64,000 bases of DNA from Deltaproteobacteria bacterium (GTDB taxonomy: Bacteria > Desulfobacterota > Binatia > Binatales > Binataceae): NCBI GenBank assembly GCA_021831785.1, contig JAKBMB010000028.1, positions 162,620-226,619 on the forward strand, in the 5' to 3' direction. Position numbers and translations under genes: made by a program. The stretch's first letter is position 1; the number at the start of each line of letters is the position of its first letter. A model generated the notes under the pieces. The model was given only the letters and a program-made list of their open reading frames with translations. It did not search any database and was not told the DNA's origin. Below, one piece after another: positions 1 through 9,595 of this stretch.

Positions 1-4
1 CGGC

Positions 5-1093
5 TCATGCTCTCGCATCCGCCCAGCGCTGGAGCAAGTCCTGGTCGACCGTTACGCCGCGCGCGGCCAAAAAACGCGTGAAATCATTCGGCAGCGGGGC
101 GACAAAAGACAGCCGCGCCAAAGTGCGCGGGTGATCAAACGATAGCGACAGAGCGTGCAAGGCCTGCCGCGCAAAAGCGGTTGGTAAGAACGACTTTGCC
201 AGGCGCGCCCCGCCGTAAACCGGATCGCCCAGACAAGGATGGCCGATCGCCGCCAGATGAACTCGAATCTGATGCGTCCTGCCGGTTTTTGGCTCCACGC
301 GCAGCAAGCTGACATGGACCAACGCGCCGTCTCGCCCGGCAACCTCAAAACACTCCAGCACCCTCACCCCGGTCACCGCTTCGCGCAAGCGCGTGGAGCG
401 CACCGACATGCGCGTGCGGTCAATCGGATGGCGTCCCATCGGGAGCGTGATCGTTCGCGCGCCGGCCCCTAGCCGGCCGGCTGCAAGCGCGAGATACACT
501 TTGCCGATGGTGCGCTCCTTGAACTGGCGCGATAACGCGGCGCGAGCAAACGGCGTGCGCGCCACGACCATCACGCCCGAGGTGCCCTTGTCGAGCCGAT
601 GGACGATTCCGGGCCGCACCGAGCCGTCCGCCTCGACCATCGCTGCTAGTTCCGGATGATGCGCCGTAAGCACGTCCACCATCGTGGCCTGGCGCCAGCT
701 CGGCGCGGGATGAACGGCGAGCCCGGCCGGCTTATTGACCACGATTATTTCGTCGTCGGCGAATAGCTCTTCGAGTTGTGCGGACTCGGCGAGCGGCGCC
801 GGCCTGAGGGTGTGTCCCGCGTCGCCCAGCGCCGGCGGCCTGATCTCCACCCGGTCACCTGCGCGCACTACGGCCGCGGGCCGCGCCGGCGCCCCGTTTA
901 CGGTCACCCGCCCGGCGCGAATCATGCGCGCAACCTGCGAGCGCGTGCTCGCGGGCGCAAGGCGCGCCGCCAGGAAAACGTCCAGCCTGCTCCTTGCCTG
1001 ACCCGCGTCAACCGCCATCACCTGAGCGACGGCCGACGCGCGCGGCCAACCTGCTTCCTGCGGAGCGGACAAGCTGGAGGGCTCGTAATTCAC
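5..1093 (-). CDS. rluD: RluA-family 23S rRNA pseudouridine synthase (RluD-like)
   Basis: S4-like N-terminus (RLDVFLA...TRSQVARMI), VVNKPAGLAVHP, catalytic GIVHRLDKGTSG, TGRTHQIRVH, RQALHA. Confidence 0.9.
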   Translation of the reverse strand: MNYEPSSLSAPQEAGWPRASAVAQVMAVDAGQARSRLDVFLAARLAPASTRSQVARMIRAGRVTVNGAPARPAAVVRAGDRVEIRPPALGDAGHTLRPAPLAESAQLEELFADDEIIVVNKPAGLAVHPAPSWRQATMVDVLTAHHPELAAMVEADGSVRPGIVHRLDKGTSGVMVVARTPFARAALSRQFKERTIGKVYLALAAGRLGAGARTITLPMGRHPIDRTRMSVRSTRLREAVTGVRVLECFEVAGRDGALVHVSLLRVEPKTGRTHQIRVHLAAIGHPCLGDPVYGGARLAKSFLPTAFARQALHALSLSFDHPRTLARLSFVAPLPNDFTRFLAARGVTVDQDLLQRWADARA

Positions 1094-1695
1094 AATCTCG
1101 GGTAAGGAGGCAGATGCCTTCGCTCGTAGGCTGCGATCTCTTCGCCGTGCGCCAGGGTCAGACTTATATCGTCGAGGCCCTCCAGCAGGCGCTGCTTGTA
1201 AAACGGCTCGATGTCGAAGGCCTCGCGCTGGCCTTGCTCGTCGGCAATCGTCTGGCGCTCAAGATCGATCGCTATCCGATACCCGGCGCGCGCGCCGGCG
1301 GCGTCGATTATCCGCCGCACGGCGCCTGCCTGCAATGCTACGGGCAAAAGGCCGTTCTTTAGGCAGTTGTTACGGAATATGTCGGCGAAAGATGGAGCGA
1401 TAATCGCCCTGAAGCCGTAGTCGTCAAGCGCCCAGACCGCGTGTTCGCGCGAACTGCCGCAGCCGAAGTTGGCGCCCGCGACCAGAATCGAGGCGCCGCG
1501 ATAGCGCTCCTGATTGAGCACAAAGTCCGGAATCTCGGCGCCCTGCGGCGTAAATCGCCAGCTATAGAACAGGCCCGCTCCAAGTCCGCTGCGCACCACC
1601 GACTTGAGAAACTGCTTAGGAATGATCTGATCGGTGTCGACGTTGCTCTTGTCTAACGGCGCGACCAGGCCGGTAAAATTCTTGAACGCGCGCAT
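1090..1695 (-). CDS. leuD: 3-isopropylmalate dehydratase small subunit
   Basis: NVDTDQIIPKQFL, NFGCGSSREHA, SFADIFRNN; adjacent to leuC. Confidence 0.96.
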   Translation of the reverse strand: MRAFKNFTGLVAPLDKSNVDTDQIIPKQFLKSVVRSGLGAGLFYSWRFTPQGAEIPDFVLNQERYRGASILVAGANFGCGSSREHAVWALDDYGFRAIIAPSFADIFRNNCLKNGLLPVALQAGAVRRIIDAAGARAGYRIAIDLERQTIADEQGQREAFDIEPFYKQRLLEGLDDISLTLAHGEEIAAYERRHLPPYPRL

Positions 1696-1718
1696 ACGCG
1701 GCTTCCTCTTTATGCGAT

Positions 1719-3137
1719 TTATCCGAGCGGCTCGATTCGGAACTCGCGAAGGTCCACGAAATGGCCTTCCAGAGCGGCCGCCGCGGCCATCGCCGGACTC
1801 ACCAGATGAGTGCGCCCGCCGGGCCCCTGACGGCCCTCGAAGTTACGATTCGAGGTGCTGGCGCATCGCTCCTGCGGCTTTAGGATATCCGCGTTCATTC
1901 CCAGGCACATGCTGCAACCCGACTCGCGCCACTCAAAACCTGCCTCCTTGAAGATGCGGTCAAGACCCAGCGTTTCGGCCTCGGCCTTGATCTGCTGCGA
2001 GCCCGGCACCACCATCGCCTGAACGCCGCGCGCCACCTTACGCCCCTTGGCCACCGCGGCAGCCGCCTTGAGGTCGCTTAGGCGCGAGTTCGTACATGAA
2101 CCGATAAAGACGCGGTCAATTTTGATCTCGGTAATCGCTGTGCCGGCAACGAGCCCCATATACTCGAGCGCGCGCGCGGCGGCGGCGCGCGCCGCCGGGT
2201 CGGCGATCGCGCCCGGCTCCGGCACTTTGCCCGTGACCTCGACCACCATCCCCGGGTTGGTCCCCCAGGTCACTTGCGGGGCGAATTCTTCAGCCTTAAA
2301 GCGGTGGCTTGAATCGAAGCGCGCGCCGGCCTCGGTGCGCACGCTCAACCATCGCTCTGCCGCCCGCTCAAAGGCGGCGCCCTGCGGGGCGTAGGGCCGG
2401 CCGCGCAAATACTCGACGGTCGTTTGATCCGGCGACACCATCCCGGCGCGCGCCCCGGCCTCGATCGACATATTGCAGACCGTCATTCGCTCTTCCATCG
2501 ACAGCCCCGCGATCGTCGGGCCGCAATACTCGATCGCATGGCCGGTTGCGCCGTCGATTCCGATGCTTCCGATGATCCCCAAGATGAGATCTTTTGCCGT
2601 CACGCCGGCGCCGAGCCGCCCGCCAACCCAAATTTCCATCGTTTTGGGCTTGACTTGCCAAAGGCACTGGGTTGCCAACACGTGCTCGACCTCGCTGGTG
2701 CCCACGCCGAAGGCAAGGGCGCCGAACGCGCCGTGCGTCGAGGTATGGCTGTCGCCGCACACGATCGTCATCCCGGGCTGGGTCAGGCCCAGCTCCGGCC
2801 CGATCACATGAACGATCCCCTGCTCGCGCGCGCCCAGCGCAAACAGCTTGATGCCGAACTCGGCGCAATTGCGCCGCATCGCCTCGACCTGCGTCGCCGA
2901 CTCGGGGTCGCTAATCGGCCGCGTGCGGTCCGTGGTGGGCACGTTGTGGTCGAGCGTGCCGAACGTGCGTTCGGGCGCGCGCACCTTGCGGCTCGCCACG
3001 CGCAGCCCCTCGAAGGCCTGGGGCGTGGTGACCTCGTGAATCAGATGCAGATCGACGTAGAGCAACGTGGGCTGGCCGGATTGCTGATAAACCACGTGCT
3101 CATCCCAGATTTTCTCAAACAGAGTTTTTGCCGTCAT
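1719..3137 (-). CDS. leuC: 3-isopropylmalate dehydratase large subunit
   Basis: [14 protein letters not shown] start (ATG 3137), [49 protein letters not shown]. Confidence 0.96.
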   Translation of the reverse strand: MTAKTLFEKIWDEHVVYQQSGQPTLLYVDLHLIHEVTTPQAFEGLRVASRKVRAPERTFGTLDHNVPTTDRTRPISDPESATQVEAMRRNCAEFGIKLFALGAREQGIVHVIGPELGLTQPGMTIVCGDSHTSTHGAFGALAFGVGTSEVEHVLATQCLWQVKPKTMEIWVGGRLGAGVTAKDLILGIIGSIGIDGATGHAIEYCGPTIAGLSMEERMTVCNMSIEAGARAGMVSPDQTTVEYLRGRPYAPQGAAFERAAERWLSVRTEAGARFDSSHRFKAEEFAPQVTWGTNPGMVVEVTGKVPEPGAIADPAARAAAARALEYMGLVAGTAITEIKIDRVFIGSCTNSRLSDLKAAAAVAKGRKVARGVQAMVVPGSQQIKAEAETLGLDRIFKEAGFEWRESGCSMCLGMNADILKPQERCASTSNRNFEGRQGPGGRTHLVSPAMAAAAALEGHFVDLREFRIEPLG

Positions 3138-3233
3138 CGCGATCGCACCCGCAATAGGCCTTACGTCAGAATTATGCGCCATCGGGCGCCGCTGTCAAAG
3201 TCTTACCGCTCGTTCGCTGCGCCGGTGACCCTT

Positions 3234-4805
3234 TCACAGTGGGTGACCGCGCGCGCGGGCAGGCGCGCCGCCAGGGTCGCGCCCGCCGAACGGACGGCTG
3301 CCGACCGCGGCACCACCGCCGGAGGGATGTTCGCGCCCAAAGAGATCATCGAGAACCCCCTGGGCAGCGACTTCGCCGCTATGCACGCAATCCGGCATCC
3401 CGACTCCGCGATAAGCCGCGCCGCTTAGCCTCAAGCCGCGAAGCCCTTCAATCTCGTCTTCGATCGCGTCAACGCGCTCCAGATGACCGACCACGTACTG
3501 AGGCATCGCGCGATCGTGGCGCTTGACATGGCAAAACCGGGGAGTGGCGCGAACGGCGAGCAGCTCTTCGAGCTCCGCGTGCGCCGCATGGCCCATTTCG
3601 GCGTCGTCGAGCGTCCGGGGCTCGGCGCCGGCGCCGCGGTCCATAAAGACCCGCGTCAGCACGTAGTCCGCGGGCGCGCGCGCGGGAAACTTAAGACTTG
3701 AGAAGGTGCATGCGGCGATGCGCCGCCCTTCAACCCGCGGTACGACGAAGCCCGAGCCGCGCAAAACCACGGGGATATCCGCCGCGCGGTAGGCCAGCGT
3801 CACCAACGCCGAGCTCCCGTAGCTGATTTCCTCCAGCAATTTTGCGGCCCGCGGGGCGTGCGGCTTGAGCAGGCGAGCGGTCTCATACGCCGGCGTCGCA
3901 ATCACCACGGCGTCAGCCGCGATCGCCTGGCCAGCGCCAGGCGCCGCCGGAGCGCCGAGCTCGACGCGCCAGCGCGGCCCCTCTCGCTCAAGCGCGACCG
4001 CTCGCGCCCGCAGCCGCGCACAGTCGCCAAGCGCGCGCGCAAGCGCTTCGACCATCGTCGCCATCCCGTGCTTGAAGCTGACAAAGAGCCCCAGGCGCGC
4101 GCCGCTGGCATCATTCGCGCTCGTCGAGCGCGCACGCGCGATCGCGCCGAGACCCAGGATCACGCTGCGATGGGTTTGCTCCAGCTCAAAAAAACGCGGG
4201 AACGTGGCCTTAAGGCTCAAGCGCTCGGGCGCCACGCCGTAAATCGCGCTGGTCAGCGGCTGCGCGAGGCGCTCGAAGGCTTCGCGGCCGAAGCGGCGCG
4301 TGACGAACGAGGCCACGCTCTCGTCCGCGCCGGCAAAAGCGCGCGGCAACAACAGATCGAATCCGGCGCGAAGCTTGCCGAAAAGGCTCAGAATCGGACT
4401 CGTGAACAACGGACCGAGGCGCGCGGGACCCAGTAAAAGAAAGCCCGGCGGAATCTCGACCAGGCGCCCGCCGCGCACGACGTAAGCGCGCCGATTTTCC
4501 TCTCGCGTGCCGACCATCTCGGGTTCAAGCTCGAGCTCACGCGCGAGCGAAAGCGCCCACGGCTTGTCAGTGATAAACGAGTCCGGGCCACATTCGATCA
4601 GAAAACCGTCGCGGTAAACCGTCTCGATCAAACCGCCCAGGCGCGCCTGTTCTTCGAGGAGGACAACCTGCGCCGGCAAGCCGCGCCGAGCGGCCTGCTC
4701 GCGCGTGAAAAATGCCGCGGCGAGTCCGCTGATGCCGCCGCCGATTATGACGACCTGCTTGGTTGCGGCCGTGCCCGACCGCTCAGCGCCGCTCACTTGC
4801 CCCAC
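3234..4805 (-). CDS. hemY: HemY-type protoporphyrinogen/coproporphyrinogen oxidase
   Basis: FAD-binding IIGGGISGLAAA, IECGPDSF, AMPQYVVGH, GVGMPDCV; likely GTG start at 4805. Confidence 0.92.
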   Translation of the reverse strand: MGQVSGAERSGTAATKQVVIIGGGISGLAAAFFTREQAARRGLPAQVVLLEEQARLGGLIETVYRDGFLIECGPDSFITDKPWALSLARELELEPEMVGTREENRRAYVVRGGRLVEIPPGFLLLGPARLGPLFTSPILSLFGKLRAGFDLLLPRAFAGADESVASFVTRRFGREAFERLAQPLTSAIYGVAPERLSLKATFPRFFELEQTHRSVILGLGAIARARSTSANDASGARLGLFVSFKHGMATMVEALARALGDCARLRARAVALEREGPRWRVELGAPAAPGAGQAIAADAVVIATPAYETARLLKPHAPRAAKLLEEISYGSSALVTLAYRAADIPVVLRGSGFVVPRVEGRRIAACTFSSLKFPARAPADYVLTRVFMDRGAGAEPRTLDDAEMGHAAHAELEELLAVRATPRFCHVKRHDRAMPQYVVGHLERVDAIEDEIEGLRGLRLSGAAYRGVGMPDCVHSGEVAAQGVLDDLFGREHPSGGGAAVGSRPFGGRDPGGAPARARGHPL

Positions 4806-4814
4806 AGCGCGCGG
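4764..4814. repeat. 51-bp direct repeat, copy 1 (contains the hemY start codon region)
   Basis: TGCGGCCGTGCCCGACCGCTCAGCGCCGCTCACTTGCCCCACAGCGCGCGG matches 6481-6531 at 48/51 positions. Confidence 0.92.
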
Positions 4815-4980
4815 CTGGGCTCGGCTCTTCGACGGGCATCGGGTGATTAAGGCAGTAGCGTAACGCCTCGCAAACAAATTCCGAGCGAGCGCGAAGCTCG
4901 ATTTTTCTGGCGATCTCAAGCTGCCGGGCCGTCTCGGCGGGCAACGAGATGGTCAAAAGGCGGCGATTCGCGGACTCCAT
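4783..4980 (-). CDS. CopG/ribbon-helix-helix protein (antitoxin-like), probably C-terminally truncated
   Basis: LLTISLP...ARQLEIARKIELRARSEFVCEALRY fits an RHH pattern; its tail runs into the 51-bp repeat; AT-rich upstream region. Confidence 0.6.
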   Translation of the reverse strand: MESANRRLLTISLPAETARQLEIARKIELRARSEFVCEALRYCLNHPMPVEEPSPAARCGASERR

Positions 4981-5029
4981 TCAAATATGTATAACAAGCT
5001 AAGGATAAATTAATAATAGGCCTTTTTTC

Positions 5030-5220
5030 CCACGACTCACGCCTTTTTGCAAGGGAGCGCGGGCAGGGTCAAGCGCGCTTTGGGCGTGGCCTTCCCGCGT
5101 GGCGCACGGCGGCAGTTTCCCGCGCTTTACCCGTCCCGCCGTGTCGGACAGACTAAGTATTCGAGCGGATTTCCGCGAAGCGGCGGTCATCGCGGGCGTG
5201 CATTCTGCCCACAAGGGCTA
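5030..5220. repeat. 191-bp direct repeat, copy 1
   Basis: Ungapped alignment to 5729-5919 with about 12 substitutions. Confidence 0.95.
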
Positions 5221-5240
5221 GTATGGGCAAGGGCCGAAGA

Positions 5241-5705
5241 TCAGGCCGAGGTCTCGCGCTTAAGGTCGTGCTCAGCTTCCAGGCGTGCCAGACGCTCATG
5301 AATTTTGAGCGAGTCATGCAGATCGCCCAGCCGCGCATTGATTGCGCCCAGTCCGCTATCCAGCCGCGCGTTGACGTCGTCGATCCGCTTGTTGAGCGCT
5401 CCGAACCCGTCTTCCATGCGCTTCTCAACGCCATCGATGCGTGAGTTGATCGTCTCGAACCGGTCCTCCATGCGCTTCTCGAGGCCGTCGATGCGCGTGT
5501 TGATCGTCTCGAACCGGTCCTCCATGCGCTTCTCGAGGCCGTCGATGCGCGTGTTGATCGTCTCGAAACGCGAATCAATCTTGACTATGTCACTCTCGAT
5601 GTGCGCCAGCCGCTTGGACATGTCCGACAACTGCGGAACAAGCCATTCCTGAAGGGTTTGCCGCAGCATCCCTACGGCTATTTTCTCGGTGTCCTTGAGC
5701 GGCAT
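5241..5705 (-). CDS. Small coiled-coil repeat protein
   Basis: Three 18-aa repeats RFETINTRIDGLEKRMED (54-bp tandem DNA units); AAGGA RBS upstream of the ATG. Confidence 0.8.
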   Translation of the reverse strand: MPLKDTEKIAVGMLRQTLQEWLVPQLSDMSKRLAHIESDIVKIDSRFETINTRIDGLEKRMEDRFETINTRIDGLEKRMEDRFETINSRIDGVEKRMEDGFGALNKRIDDVNARLDSGLGAINARLGDLHDSLKIHERLARLEAEHDLKRETSA

Positions 5706-5728
5706 GTCTTAATCCTTAATCTCTTGTT

Positions 5729-5919
5729 CCACGACCCACGCCTTTTTGCAAGAGAGCGCAGGCGGGGTCAAGCGCGCTTTGGGCGTGGCCTTCCCGCGCG
5801 CCGCGCGGCCGCAGTTTTCCGCGCTTTGCCCATCCCGCCGTGTCGGACAGACTAAGTATTCGAGCGGACTTCCGCGAAGCGGCGGTCATCGCGGGCGTGC
5901 ATTCTGCCCACAAGGGCTA
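5729..5919. repeat. 191-bp direct repeat, copy 2
   Basis: Matches 5030-5220. Confidence 0.95.
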
Positions 5920-5961
5920 AACTGAGCAAAGTGATTTCAATTGTACAGGTAACGGCAAGGC

Positions 5962-6522
5962 TCAGGCTTCGGGCCAGAAGCCCTCGTCCATCACCTGCTT
6001 GAAGGTCCAGGGACATCGCGGCGGAAAGACTGATTTGTCCAAGCCGGTTTCTTGGCGGGCGAGACTCACTGCAACCGCGAACGCTTTTGGCATAAGCTCG
6101 GGCAGTCGACGCTGCAAACCGGGACTCTCATCAATAAGATCGCTAATCTCTTGGCGCGCGCCTTCCACCGAAGCGCGCCAACTATTGGCGGTTCGTTTAG
6201 AGCGCCTTCGCTGCGCGGCTTGTAGTTGCCACTTCAACAGGTGCGCCTGAAGTCTTGCGAGCTGGCTTTTGAGAGCGCGCGCTTCGCTTTTGCCCAAGTC
6301 CTCGACTTCCTCCGCCAACCTCTCCCAGTCAAGCGCCTCCGCTCGGCGCTCGCGCAGCGCGCGCGCCTGGTCGAGTGTCCAACTGTAATAGTCGTGTTGG
6401 TAGAGGTCCTGGTGGGTTTCGGAAACGGGCATTACGTTCTGCGCCATCGGTTTACGCCTTTTTCCGGGGCCGGCCATCCCTGCGGCGGCGCCCGACCGCT
6501 CAGCGTCGCTCACTTGCCCCAC
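5962..6522 (-). CDS. DUF29 family protein
   Basis: LYQHDYYSWTLDQARALR...LDWERLAEEVEDLGKSE...HLLKWQ...SW...SPGL...ETGL...FP..CPW..QVMDEGFWP; the start may be ATG 6447. Confidence 0.88.
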   Translation of the reverse strand: MGQVSDAERSGAAAGMAGPGKRRKPMAQNVMPVSETHQDLYQHDYYSWTLDQARALRERRAEALDWERLAEEVEDLGKSEARALKSQLARLQAHLLKWQLQAAQRRRSKRTANSWRASVEGARQEISDLIDESPGLQRRLPELMPKAFAVAVSLARQETGLDKSVFPPRCPWTFKQVMDEGFWPEA

Positions 6523-6531
6523 AGCGCGCGG
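6481..6531. repeat. 51-bp direct repeat, copy 2 (immediately after the hemH stop)
   Basis: Matches 4764-4814. Confidence 0.92.
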
Positions 6532-6534
6532 TAA

Positions 6535-7476
6535 TCACGATGCGGCTTGCAGCGCGCCGCCGTCAAAGCGCGCTCGTATTACCGCAGCCATCATCGCAAT
6601 AAAGCGCGGATCGTCGTTCACCGCGCTCGCCCGCACCATCGTGACCCGGTGCGCGCGCGCCAACTCGGCGGCTTCGATGTCCAGGTCATAGAGCAGTTCG
6701 ACGTTCTCGCAAGCAAAGCCGATCGGCACCACGACCGCGGCGCGGTCCTCCAGCGAGGAGAGCGCCTGCGCGACATCGGGTTCAAGCCACGGCTCCCGCG
6801 GGTCTCCACTTCTGCTTTGATAAGCCAGCGACCAGCTTTGGTGCTCAAGCGCCGCGGCCACCATCGACGCCGACTCCTCGAACTCCTCGACATACGTGCT
6901 GCGCGCCGCCATCGCCCGCGGGATGCTGTGCGCGGTAAACAGCAGATGGGCCTTTGAGCGCTGCGCGGCGGCGAGCTTCTCCATCGCGCGGCGAACCTGG
7001 GCCGCAACCGCGTCGATAAACCGCGGATGGTTGTGCCAGGGCCCAACATAGTCTATCGTCGGCGTCCGCTCGCCGAGCGCCGCCTGGGCCGCGCTCACGC
7101 TTTCGAGGTAGCTGTCCCAGCCTGCCGGCGAACGATGCGGAGCGAGGACGAAGCCCACCGCGCGGCTGACCCCCTCGCGCGCCATTTGCTCTAGCGCCTG
7201 GCGCACCAGGGGCGGCCAGTTGCGCATCCCCACGTACACCGGCACCTTCACACCATCGCGCGCCAGCGCCTGGCGCAAGGCCGCCGCTTGCCTGGCCGCC
7301 ACCTCGTTGTAAGGCGAGCGGCCGCCGACCAGCTCGTAGTGATGGGCGACTTGCGCGATGCGGGCGTCCGGTATGCCCCGCCCCCGCGTCACCTCGCGTA
7401 GAAACGGGCCCACCTCGTCGGGGCTGGTGGGCCCGCCGAACCCGATCAACAACACCGCTTTACCGGCGAGGTTCAC
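6535..7476 (-). CDS. hemH: Ferrochelatase
   Basis: LLIGFGGP, GGRSPYN, YVGMRNWPP, LFTAHSIP, YQSRSG..WLEPD, PIGFACENVELLYDLD; GTG start overlaps the upstream stop (GTGA). Confidence 0.92.
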   Translation of the reverse strand: MNLAGKAVLLIGFGGPTSPDEVGPFLREVTRGRGIPDARIAQVAHHYELVGGRSPYNEVAARQAAALRQALARDGVKVPVYVGMRNWPPLVRQALEQMAREGVSRAVGFVLAPHRSPAGWDSYLESVSAAQAALGERTPTIDYVGPWHNHPRFIDAVAAQVRRAMEKLAAAQRSKAHLLFTAHSIPRAMAARSTYVEEFEESASMVAAALEHQSWSLAYQSRSGDPREPWLEPDVAQALSSLEDRAAVVVPIGFACENVELLYDLDIEAAELARAHRVTMVRASAVNDDPRFIAMMAAVIRARFDGGALQAAS

Positions 7477-9446
7477 CGCGCGCTCATCTCGTGCACCGCG
7501 TCGACCAGCGCGACGACGTGATCGACCGCGGTTTCCGGCAGGACACCGTGCCCCAGATTGAAGATATGGCCGGGCCGGCCGCCGGCTTGCTCGAGAATTT
7601 TTCGCGCTTTCTCCCTGAGCTCCGGAATGCCGGCCAATAGCGCCGCCGGGTCGAAATTGCCTTGGACGCCGACGCCGCCGCCTAGCCGCTCCCATGCTTG
7701 CCCGAGGTCAACCCGCCAATCGAGCCCGATTACGTCGCCCCCGGCCTCGCGCATCAACTCGAGCAGGCTTCCCGTGTCGCTGCCGAAATGGATCAACGGC
7801 ACGCCGGCGGGAATCGCCCTGATGACGGCGGCGGTGTGGGGCAGGACATAGCGCCGGTAATCGTCCGGCGCAAGGCTGCCCACCCAGCTATCGAAAAGCT
7901 GCACCAAGTCGGCGCCGGCCGCGATCTGCAGCTTCAAGCTTTCGGCGCTGATCCGCGACAAGAATTTCATCAGGCGCGTCCAGGTCGCCTCGTCGTTATA
8001 CATCATACGCTTGGTGCGCAGGTACTGGCGCGAGGCGGCGCCTTCAATCAGGTATGACGCCAGCGTAAACGGGGCGCCGGCAAATCCGATCATCGGGGTC
8101 TTGCCGCCTAGCGCAGCGCGCGCCAGCGCGATCGCTTCGGCGGTGGGGCCCAGCGCCTCGCCGACATCGACCCGCAATATGCGATCGAGGTCTTCGAACG
8201 CGCGCACCGGGCGCTCGATCACCGGGCCGTCGCCTTTTTCGTAACGCAGCCCGACGTCCATCGGCAAGAGCGGCAGCAAGATGTCGGAAAAAATTATCGC
8301 CGCGTCCACCCCCAGCCGCTCGACGGCTAAAACCGTGACCTCGGCCGCAAGCTCGGGCGTGCGGCACATATCGAGGAAACCGCAGCGCTCGCGCACGCGC
8401 CGGTACTCCGGCAGGTAGCGCCCGGCTTGGCGCATCAGCCAGATGGGCGTGAACGGCACCCGCTCGCGCCGACAAGCTCTCATTAGCGGATGCTCAACCA
8501 GCGTTGTCTCGGAGGCTTGGCGCGCGCCTTCGGGCCGGTTGAGCGCGGGCGGGCGCGCAAGCCCGATCGCGACGCGGCGGCGATGTTTTTCTCGCAGAAT
8601 CTCGGGCGCGCGGCCGACCGCGTCTTTCACCAGATGGTCGAGCGTTGGACGCAGGGGCTGGATATCCACCACTAGTCCGTAGCGGCGGACCGCCTCCGCG
8701 CAGACCGGGCCTATAGAGCCGACGACGATCGCGTCCAGCGCCCGGCGAAGCTGGTCCTCGATTCCCTGAGCGCCGGCGAGCTGAAACAGATGGGTTACCT
8801 GCGCAGCGCTCGAGAAGAGCGCCACGTCGAATTCGCCGCCCAGCAGGCCCGCGAGCGCCTTGAGCAGCGGCGCGCGATTCTCGGGCAGCGCCCAACGGTA
8901 AACCGGCACCGTTCTCACGTGGGCGCCGCGCGCCTCAAGACCGGCGGTAAGATCGAGGTTGCTGACGCCGTATTCTTGAATCGCAACGCGCTTGCCGGCC
9001 AGCGGCAAGCGCTCGTCAAGCATGCGCAGAAGCTCGCGCCACGTACCGGGCTCCGGCACGCTGAGCGTCGCCGACAGCCCCAGTTCTTGCAACGCGAAGA
9101 CGGCCTTCGGGCCGCGCGCAACGGTCACGGTCCTGCCCAGCGCCGCAATCAGCGCGCCGCGGTCGTAGCGTCCTTCGAGCAGGGTTAACAGCGCCTTGAC
9201 GCCGGCGCCGGTCAAAAAAATGACCACGTCGAACCGGTCCGCCAGCAGCAGCTCGGCAAAAACCGGCGCCGCGCCGTTCTCTTCCACGCCGACCAGACGC
9301 ATCGCCGGCGCGAGCGCGACCTGCGCGCCTACGCGCTCGGCCAGCGCGCGCAGCTCCTCCGCCATGCGGCTTTCGAAGGCGACCACCCTGAGACCTTCAG
9401 CGCCGGCGGGCTCGCCGTCGCGAGTATGCTCAGCCAAAGTGCGCAT
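7473..9446 (-). CDS. hemE: Fused uroporphyrinogen-III synthase (HemD) and uroporphyrinogen decarboxylase (HemE)
   Basis: N-half HemD-like (FLTGAGV, ARGPKA, VPVYRW, FSSAAQV, SIGPVC); C-half HemE (PIWLMRQAGRYLPEY, AAIIFSDIL, GFAGAPFTLASY, QLFDSW, HIFNLGHG). Confidence 0.9.
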   Translation of the reverse strand: MRTLAEHTRDGEPAGAEGLRVVAFESRMAEELRALAERVGAQVALAPAMRLVGVEENGAAPVFAELLLADRFDVVIFLTGAGVKALLTLLEGRYDRGALIAALGRTVTVARGPKAVFALQELGLSATLSVPEPGTWRELLRMLDERLPLAGKRVAIQEYGVSNLDLTAGLEARGAHVRTVPVYRWALPENRAPLLKALAGLLGGEFDVALFSSAAQVTHLFQLAGAQGIEDQLRRALDAIVVGSIGPVCAEAVRRYGLVVDIQPLRPTLDHLVKDAVGRAPEILREKHRRRVAIGLARPPALNRPEGARQASETTLVEHPLMRACRRERVPFTPIWLMRQAGRYLPEYRRVRERCGFLDMCRTPELAAEVTVLAVERLGVDAAIIFSDILLPLLPMDVGLRYEKGDGPVIERPVRAFEDLDRILRVDVGEALGPTAEAIALARAALGGKTPMIGFAGAPFTLASYLIEGAASRQYLRTKRMMYNDEATWTRLMKFLSRISAESLKLQIAAGADLVQLFDSWVGSLAPDDYRRYVLPHTAAVIRAIPAGVPLIHFGSDTGSLLELMREAGGDVIGLDWRVDLGQAWERLGGGVGVQGNFDPAALLAGIPELREKARKILEQAGGRPGHIFNLGHGVLPETAVDHVVALVDAVHEMSAR

Positions 9447-9595
9447 AAGTACGCTTTCTGACCGGAATTATATTGCCCGCCAACCAGCTTGTATATCGGC
9501 GCCAAACAGCGAGGCGGCTTTTTGCCGATGGTAAATCATTCGAAGCAGCATAGCGGAGAGATGGGTTCTCTAGCTCGAACCGCGGGTTTAAAATT

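Noticed and set aside
5030-5919. CRISPR array or integron attC interpretation of the 191-bp repeats
   Set aside because: Only two long copies, no short repeat-spacer periodicity, no cas or intI gene, and no RYYYAAC/GTTRRRY boxes
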